A stretch of DNA of 57,789 nt, counting the filler, from Squatina squatina (taxonomy: Eukaryota): assembly GCA_031763465.1 (NCBI GenBank). It is 3 parts of 3 records of this genome, joined end to end, with 100 filler letters (N's around TTAATTAATTAA, not from the genome) between each part and the next. Parts side by side here need not be neighbours in the genome. Positions count along the whole stretch, not along the records: positions 44,295 to 57,789 come from JARFOE010000001.1; 2 more parts are not named here. One strand, 5' to 3'. This document shows positions 50,379 to 57,789 of the stretch, piece after piece. The notes under the pieces were generated by a model. That model made no database searches, had not been told where the DNA came from, and worked only from the letters and a program-made list of their open reading frames with translations. How positions within the stretch are numbered: the stretch's first letter is position 1; the number at the start of each line of letters is the position of its first letter. The position numbers were made by a program, and so were the translations under genes.

Positions 50379-50600
50379 AATGTTTTACACTTATCTGGCA
50401 TCAACAGGGAGTGGAACCCAAGACTCACTTCAGTGCAAAAAGAGTAGGCACTCGCTCGGACTGACAAAAAAAGTATTTCTAAAGTATCGCTCAGGATGGC
50501 TCAAAGCGCTTCAAGTGCACTGAATTAGATTGAGGTGCTACCACTGTTGCTACGCAAAGAAACACACCAATGATTCTGCTCGCTAAGGTCAAAAGGAGAG

Positions 50601-50860
50601 TGTCAGCCATGGCTCAGTGGGTAGTACCCTCGTCCCGGAGTCAGAAGGTTGTGGGTTCAAGTCCACTGCTGTACGGAGGGAGTGCTGGACTGTTGGAGAT
50701 ACCGTCCTTTGGATGAAACATTAAATCGAGGCCCCGTCTGCTCTCTTTGCTGTGCGCAAGTCAGCTGGCGTGTTTCCTACATTACAACAGCGACTGCACT
50801 TCAGAAGTACTTAATTGGGACGTCTGGGGTCCTGAAAGATGTTATATAAATCTTTCTTTC
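50601..50860 (+). mobile_element. tRNA-derived SINE with Pol III boxes
   Basis: A box TGGCTCAGTGG 50610-50620, B box GGTTCAAGTCC 50654-50664, tail TTTCCTACATTACAACAG..TATATAAAT(CTTT)n. Confidence 0.8.
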
Positions 50861-53800
50861 TAATAGTCTTCAGTGTCTCACAGTTCTGGCAAGTACAAGA
50901 TTTTTGATGTGACTATTTCTTTCCCATTTCAGTAGAAAATATCAGAAATTCTTTTTGATATAAACTCCACACTGAGCATGGAGGGGAGGTAAGGGAAGGA
51001 TGAATTAATTCTGAGTTTTAAAAATACATTTCTGTTTCCCAAACTGTCACATCTCAAAATGGATCTTGAAAGGAAGAAAGCAAATGGCAAGTTTTAGGTT
51101 TGAACTCCTTCTGGTCGCTCTTTTGTGGTGCTCCTGATTCTTTTTATTACTATATCCCAAATAGAAACAGTAAACCAAATGATAAAAATCTGTGGTATTG
51201 TAAAGCCCTTAAAATATGACCAAGTCCCAGTCATGAGAATGATGAGTAACGGTGTCCTTTTACAGTGGAATGTTATTTCGCAGGAGATTAGGCAAACCAC
51301 AAAGGAACTGATTTTCAGAATACTTTCAAAGGGGCAAGATCACTTCCTCAGCAAAAGAAAATTCTGCAAAGTTGTTCTTTTGATTTTTTTTTTTAGCTAC
51401 AGAATGATTTTGAAAACTTAGGACTGCAGGGTTTGTCTTTTTCCTTTGTACGCCGAGGCAGATTGAAGATAAACTTCTGATTTTCCGTGATTTGCGGACC
51501 CAAAGCCCTTAGATTTTCTGACACACCCCTTGATGATGTTGCCTTCTGCCATAAGACATATTACAAGCTCCTCGGCTTTCATTTTCTTTGTGCTCACTTG
51601 CTCTTATAGCATTTGATATTGCAGGATCCCCTGACAAACCAGTGACCCAATTATTGATGTCTAATGCATTTTAAAATGCCAAAAGTTCTAAAGATATAGG
51701 GGGCAAACATCATATAATTTTTTACGGAGGTGCTAACGGGGAAAATGTCGGCGAAAGTCGGCCATCTTGCCTCCCAGTGAATTCCNNNNNNNNNNNNNNN
51801 NNNNNNNNNNNNNNNNNNNNNNNNNNNNNNNNNNNNNNNNNNNNNNNNNNNNNNNNNNNNNNNNNNNNNNNNNNNNNNNNNNNNNACCGCACAGTCCCAG
51901 GTGCCACGATGGTGGTAACAGACTGTTAATGCCAATTATTATGCAAAGGGTAAAATAAGAGTTACTATCTGCTTTTATTCACAAAAGCCCCATAGAATGT
52001 GTAATGAACTCCATGACCTTTCTGATATCTTTAGGCTTCAGAAAGAAAGAGGTGCAAAATATTTAGCTAAGCATTCAGTCAATTTATTCATGCTTTGTTT
52101 TATGCGAATCACTTTGTATGTTAAGCTGAATTCTGTTTCAGTCCTGTCAGTACTGAGCCTTTATCTTTGTCAGGCATTGATTAGGGGCGGACACCCAATA
52201 GATCACCTTGTTTTTCTCTTTCCAAGTGTGTTTTTTCTCGCAGAATTTTCTGTCTTTTTTTTTAATTGTTCTTTCGTGTTTATATGCTTTCATGAAAGGC
52301 TTTAAAACCAACCAATAATACATAAAACAACATATGAAGTCTTTTTAATATCCTACAGTGTATATAAGACTGATAAAAGTGCACAATTGTAAATTGTTTT
52401 CTTCTTTGTGATGTTAAAACTGAATCTGATTGATTACTTTGTACCTTTCCCCTGTAAATAAAGTTGTGCAAATACAGCATATTCACAAAATGCCATTCCT
52501 CTTCCCCAGTGACGTATGCCTATAGATTTGGCACAAACAGGGTCAAAATAGGTAGTTAATTAATCGTAGCTTTATCTATTTGACCTTTGTAATGTAAGAC
52601 ATGAAGCAGTGCAGAAAAATCTGTCCCACTTATTGCCTCATCCTTTTAAACTGCCTAGTTAGGACTCCAAAGTTATATACAATTTAGAATGATAGTAAAA
52701 AAAAGAGAATGTGGTATTATCTCTTATTATTAAATTATACTGNNNNNNNNNNNNNNNNNNNNNNNNNNNNNNNNNNNNNNNNNNNNNNNNNNNNNNNNNN
52801 NNNNNNNNNNNNNNNNNNNNNNNNNNNNNNNNNNNNNNNNNNTGATCATATTGAATGGCGGTGCAGGCTCGAAGGGCCGAATGGCCTACTTCTGCACCTA
52901 TTTTCTATGTTTCTATAAGGCCTTAAGGTAAGTTGCAACATGCTTCTGTTAGCACCCAAAACACATGCCTCAATAAACCCACAATAAAGAGTTTATGGAG
53001 AAGCAATAAAATCCTGGGTTCTACCCGAAGTGAACTGTGAATCCGACCTGCAAACTGGGAATGTTGCTGTGGGATTATGTTTTAGGCTGTGCAATGAACT
53101 TTGCATTATTAATACAAATTGCTCAGATGTTAAGACATTATAAGAATAAATTGTAGTGCTATTTTCAAAGGGATATATCACATTAGCAGTCTATGCACAA
53201 GGGTGGGCTTAAAAAAAAATCTAAAAATAAAATGAGTTTCAGAATTTTACTTCTAATAAAATTAGGTATACTCACCCCTGCCCACAGTGTAAAACAGGGC
53301 AGATTCAACACCAAAGTGAACTCACACAAATCAGATAACCACATCCACAGGAAGGCATGTGTGTAATATTGTAATGATGCTGCTAACATGGAAATTACAT
53401 TTGGTTATATCAGCAACTTACAAAAGCAGAACAATTCATTTTTTCCCTTTTGAAGCAGTGAAGATTCTCCTTTGGAAAGAAAAGTCGATTTGATCTGTCC
53501 AACTTACAAATTGCAGGAAAAGCAATATATCTGAACACTTCTTTAAAAATTAGATTTGTTTTTACCATTGATGTCCAGTATGAGACAGAAATTATTAGAT
53601 GGCTTAATGGTTTAGCTTATCAGACCAGGTTGGAGAGATATAAAACTCAAAGGCTCTTAGACAAGCTTACTCTTTGACTAAATATAGCACGCACCAAAGA
53701 CTTATCTTACGTATAGCTAGCACAGCATAGCAGAATATAGTAGTGAACAAATCTGAACATTTTAGTAATTTATTAATTGGATTATTTTTTACAGTGTAAA

Positions 53801-56636
53801 TTTTGGTGTATTTTATCTAAATTGTATAAACTGGGCTTATATTGTCTAAAGTAGAAAGCTAGTGTGACTTGAATTCTAATGCTGTGAATTTGCAGTGACT
53901 TGACTGACAGTGCCAAGGCATTTTTTAATCACTTTTTCACACTCTATAGAGACTACACCGGCTTGTAGCAAGACAGCTGACCTAATACCATCCTGTATTT
54001 GGATTGTGACCACAGTACACTGTGTCCTCTATGACAGAACTGAAGGCCTTTTATAATTAGATTGACCATTTGTCTCCAGTAAGGATCAGATATTCCTCGA
54101 GTCTCTAGCAGGATGATGGCAATTGCCCTTTAGCAGATAAAAGTGCTGCCAAGTTGCAGTGGATTAGGGAGCACATGCTTTGGCTAAGGTGGGCGTGAAC
54201 TGAAACTTGAAACCTCAGAACTGCCAAGTGAAGTGGTAATGAATGTGGTGGAATGCTTGCCTAACAGGTCCGTGACCTGCACATTTGTACTTTCCACATC
54301 ATGTGCCTGGGAGTGGAAGACTACGGCTGGGAGAGCAGTTAAACTAAGTTGACACAACAGCTGTTTCATCCTCATTCAAACACATAAGNNNNNNNNNNNN
54401 NNNNNNNNNNNNNNNNNNNNNNNNNNNNNNNNNNNNNNNNNNNNNNNNNNNNNNNNNNNNNNNNNNNNNNNNNNNNNNNNNNNNNNNNCTCAGGCAGCCA
54501 ATGTCTCACTGACACCAATTACTGTTCAACTGAAAATCAAAATCTTAAAACTTCTTTTAAAATAACTTATTAACAATCTGGAGATACAACTCAGCACATG
54601 ATTAACCTTGTTAATAGTAACAACATTTATTTGGTACTTTCAATGAATAATCAACCCAAATCCTTTTTCTTTTCTACCTTTGCTAAGGGACATTCCTTCA
54701 TGGTGTACATATATCCTGTTTCTTGTTCCAATGACCATGAAGATAGTGACCCTTTAAATGAAAATCAAATAAACAATGGACATACTGTTCATTAATATAT
54801 ATTGAGAAGCTAAATTCAATCCAGTTGTTTTTGAACAAGTGTGGAAACGCTACTGTTGTTCCAGTTAAGTGCTAATCCTTCTAGAATTACTGCACCCAAC
54901 AAGTATCCTGGGACTTGCTAAAGTCAACACATTTAATAAAAGGCTACTTGTCCTCAAGAAATACTTTTTAAATTTTCTCTTCTTTCAGTTGGGTTAGCCA
55001 CCCAGTAAGTACTCAACCTCCAGCAAAATACTTCAGGGAACATTGCAGGAAAATAGAAATGGAGGCTTGAGCGTAGTCAATCAGCATTTCTTAGTCAAGT
55101 GGAGATTCACAGATTTTACGATGATGTTTTTTATGGTTTTTGACTTTTCCAATAGAAAGAAAGACTTGCATTTATATCACAGCCTTCATGAACTCAGGAT
55201 GTCGAAAACACTTTACAACCTGTGAAGTACTTTTTGAAGTGTAGTCAATGTTGTAAACCGGTAGCTAATTTGCTCACAGCAAGCACCCACAAACAGCAAT
55301 GTGATAATGACCAGATAACCTACATTTGTAGTGAGGTTGGTTGTANNNNNNNNNNNNNNNNNNNNNNNNNNNNNNNNNNNNNNNNNNNNNNNNNNNNNNN
55401 NNNNNNNNNNNNNNNNNNNNNNNNNNNNNNNNNNNNNNNNNNNNNGAATGGCGGTGCAGGCTCGAAGGGCCTAATGGCCTACTCCTGCACCTATTTTCTA
55501 TGTTTCTATGTTTCTATGAATTTTGAAGTGACGGTGTGAGCCTGCTGTCTGCTAGATAGAGACGATCAGAGGTCCGAACCATTTTCATGGTCGAGCTTCA
55601 TTTGAAATTGCCCCTTTTTGAAGCAGCTCGATAATTAGAAGGGATGAGAAATCCGGTGGCTCAACTGCAGAACGTGCGGGGGTGGGAGCTGCGGAGGATG
55701 GGCATCACAGGGGTCAAATTTTGTACGGTCAGGAAGAGGATTAATGCTCAACCTGATGCCACAGAAATTGTTTCAAAAGCTTTTAAAAAAGAGAAGCCTG
55801 CAGCTGTCCCTTTAAAGATCGCTGATTACACCGCACTATGCCATAGGGGTTCTGATTTGCATGGGGTAATGAGGCTCCCACCTATTTCTGAAGGCATCTG
55901 GGCCACTTATTTCAAAGCTCACACCACAATGGCATGTTACTTGCAGGAACAGAGCTGTAAATACCACACCACCATTTTCATTGTGTTACCATCCTATTCT
56001 CACCCGACCCAGGGGGAGGTGAGAAAATGCGTGAATGAAAATCAGTCCCCACATCATTATTAGCAAATATATTTCTTCTATGTTTCATTGTGATAATGTT
56101 ACAAATGAGACCAGATTGAAAAATAGCTTCAAGGTGTCATCACTCTAATCATTCCACATTCTGTATATTAATTTATTTCTAATTTAGAATCAACATTTGC
56201 AACTTTCATCCATTTAAATTTGTTAGTATACATTTTAAAATCAGAATATACAGTAAGTGGCTATGAAAGGCGATTTATGTCCCACTTGTGTCACTGACCA
56301 ACCTCATTCATCCTTCATGACTTATCAGATCAGTTCACTCGTGGGTTATAAATCATATTGCTCTCATACTCACACGTCCTCTATCCTTTTTCAAACAACC
56401 CGTGCCAATTTAATAAAACTGATTGAAAATGTATCTGATTTTTGTCCACAATATTTCAATTTCTAGCTGCTAGGGAAAAACGTCAGATTGAAAGTTTTTT
56501 TTAAATTCTAAACAGTTCCTTTTGCAAGTGAGTAAGTGAATAATGTCTTGCTTAAGGAATATTATGTACTCAGTGGTTTGCCAGGTTTATGGAACAAAAG
56601 TTTTGATTCTTGCTGTATTGTATTTTAATCACTTAC

Positions 56637-56816
56637 CTCAAAGAGATCAGATGATTCATTGCCATACTGATTGGAAATTATTTCTGATTGGTCACTGTAC
56701 CACTTGAGTCCACCCAGAAAATTTTCTGTGTCCAAGTCATTCACATCGAGTTCAGAAAGGTCAAGTTCAGGGAGATCTGAACACAGAGGCTGGTCTTCAC
56801 CAACTAAAGCAGCACA
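56637..56816 (-). CDS. PPARGC1A: PGC-1alpha-like exon 2, 180 nt, phase 0-0, acidic activation domain
   Basis: TCTCTGTAG|..GAG|GTAAGT; CAALVGEDQPLCSDLPELDLSELDVNDLDTENFLGGLKWYSDQSEIISNQYGNESSDLFE. Confidence 0.95.
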
Positions 56817-57789
56817 CTACAGAGAACAAGACAGAGCATGCTTTAAGATATTTGACTTACTAACAAATATTGCACAGTTGGTATGTTATAATAGTAACTT
56901 CACTAAAGATTTTCAGTACCTTGCCTAATGAGGTTTCAGCCAAAGCTGCTCAGTAGATTACTGTTAACAAGAGTGCAAGAGTGATGCAAGTTACTCCCCT
57001 TTTGACGCTCCCTGCTGCATTCTCTAGGTAATTACCTTATTTCCAACTGGCAACTTCCTTTCAAACTTTTATAATAAAGAACTGCTTCAAAATATGGCTC
57101 TGTTTTCAAATTTTTGCCATCTTGTAGTTTAAAGCTGTTGTGTTTTCAGTGCAGGGTAGCTTTGATAACAGGGAAGATGAAAGAGGAAACAAAAAGGCAT
57201 GGGTGCTAGCAGAAAGAATGGTTTACCGCATGTTTCCAGCAGGGAGCAAAGAAAGTTTGACGTCACTTGCCTGTACAGAGCGTCCCTACTGATTGTACTA
57301 CAATTAGTAAAGTTATTGGAGTTAAAACAAAAGTTTGGAAAAAAAAAGTGTAAAAAATCTTTTTGGCTGTGACAATTATCCAAAATATCTGGTGCAGCCC
57401 CATACAAGTAAGTGATGTTGAAAATGCTTTGCTACCTGTACATGATGCAGTGGAAAGTCAACAAAATTAGGACTTAGGCTTGCATTGCCAATATCCAGAA
57501 ACCCACCCCAGAGGTGAGTCTCTGATAACTGAATGGCAAAATATCTCCAGCATGTGCTTGATTTTGGCTGCTGAGTGAATGTCAGATTCAGCATGGCAGT
57601 GATAGCTCTCATCGGCCTGCTGGCATTCAGGCCCCAATCTTTATGAGGAGGCGGGGAGGGAGCGAGAGGGCTGTTTTACGGTCTGGGAAATCCGGAAGAA
57701 CAGTTTTCCCTCAGGTCCTGCTGAATTTAACGGCAGGACCCGATTAACATTTTTTGTCTGCGTATCCCGGTGGATTGAGAGTCTGGCTG

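Noticed and set aside
50601-50680. tRNA gene
   Set aside because: A and B boxes are present but continue into a SINE body and tail, with no complete cloverleaf
51415-51450. Minus-strand QRKKTNPAVL resembles the end of PPARGC1A exon 4 (HRIRTNPAIVK)
   Set aside because: No LKKLLLAP upstream in any frame and no proper donor; probably chance, though a decayed exon cannot be fully excluded

Overview
Vertebrate genomic DNA, inferred to be from a cartilaginous fish (shark-like CR1, SINE and Harbinger repeats). It is not one locus: two artificial 100-nt linkers (44 N + TTAATTAATTAA + 44 N, at 27957-28056 and 44195-44294) join three sequences. Piece 1 (1-27956) holds at least 31 minus-strand exons of a very large mesothelin/otoancorin/stereocilin-family gene. 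I traced 29 consecutive exons (25962 down to 2714, 3621 nt, 1207 codons) with GT-AG sites, matching phases and no stop. The mesothelin domain does not end in a GPI signal; it continues through three micro-exons (20, 22, 28 nt) into a new Cys-containing module, and near-identical exon copies occur at both ends of the piece, suggesting a tandem multi-module protein. One intron contains a decayed two-gene Harbinger transposon. Piece 2 (28057-44194) is intronic apart from one 99-bp MYO1E exon on the plus strand. Piece 3 (44295-57789) has minus-strand PPARGC1A-like exons in an apparently shortened form (exon 2, exon 5 and the 3' half of exon 8, ending without RS or RRM domains). Many N gaps of unknown size limit conclusions. 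Family assignments come from recalled protein motifs, not database searches.
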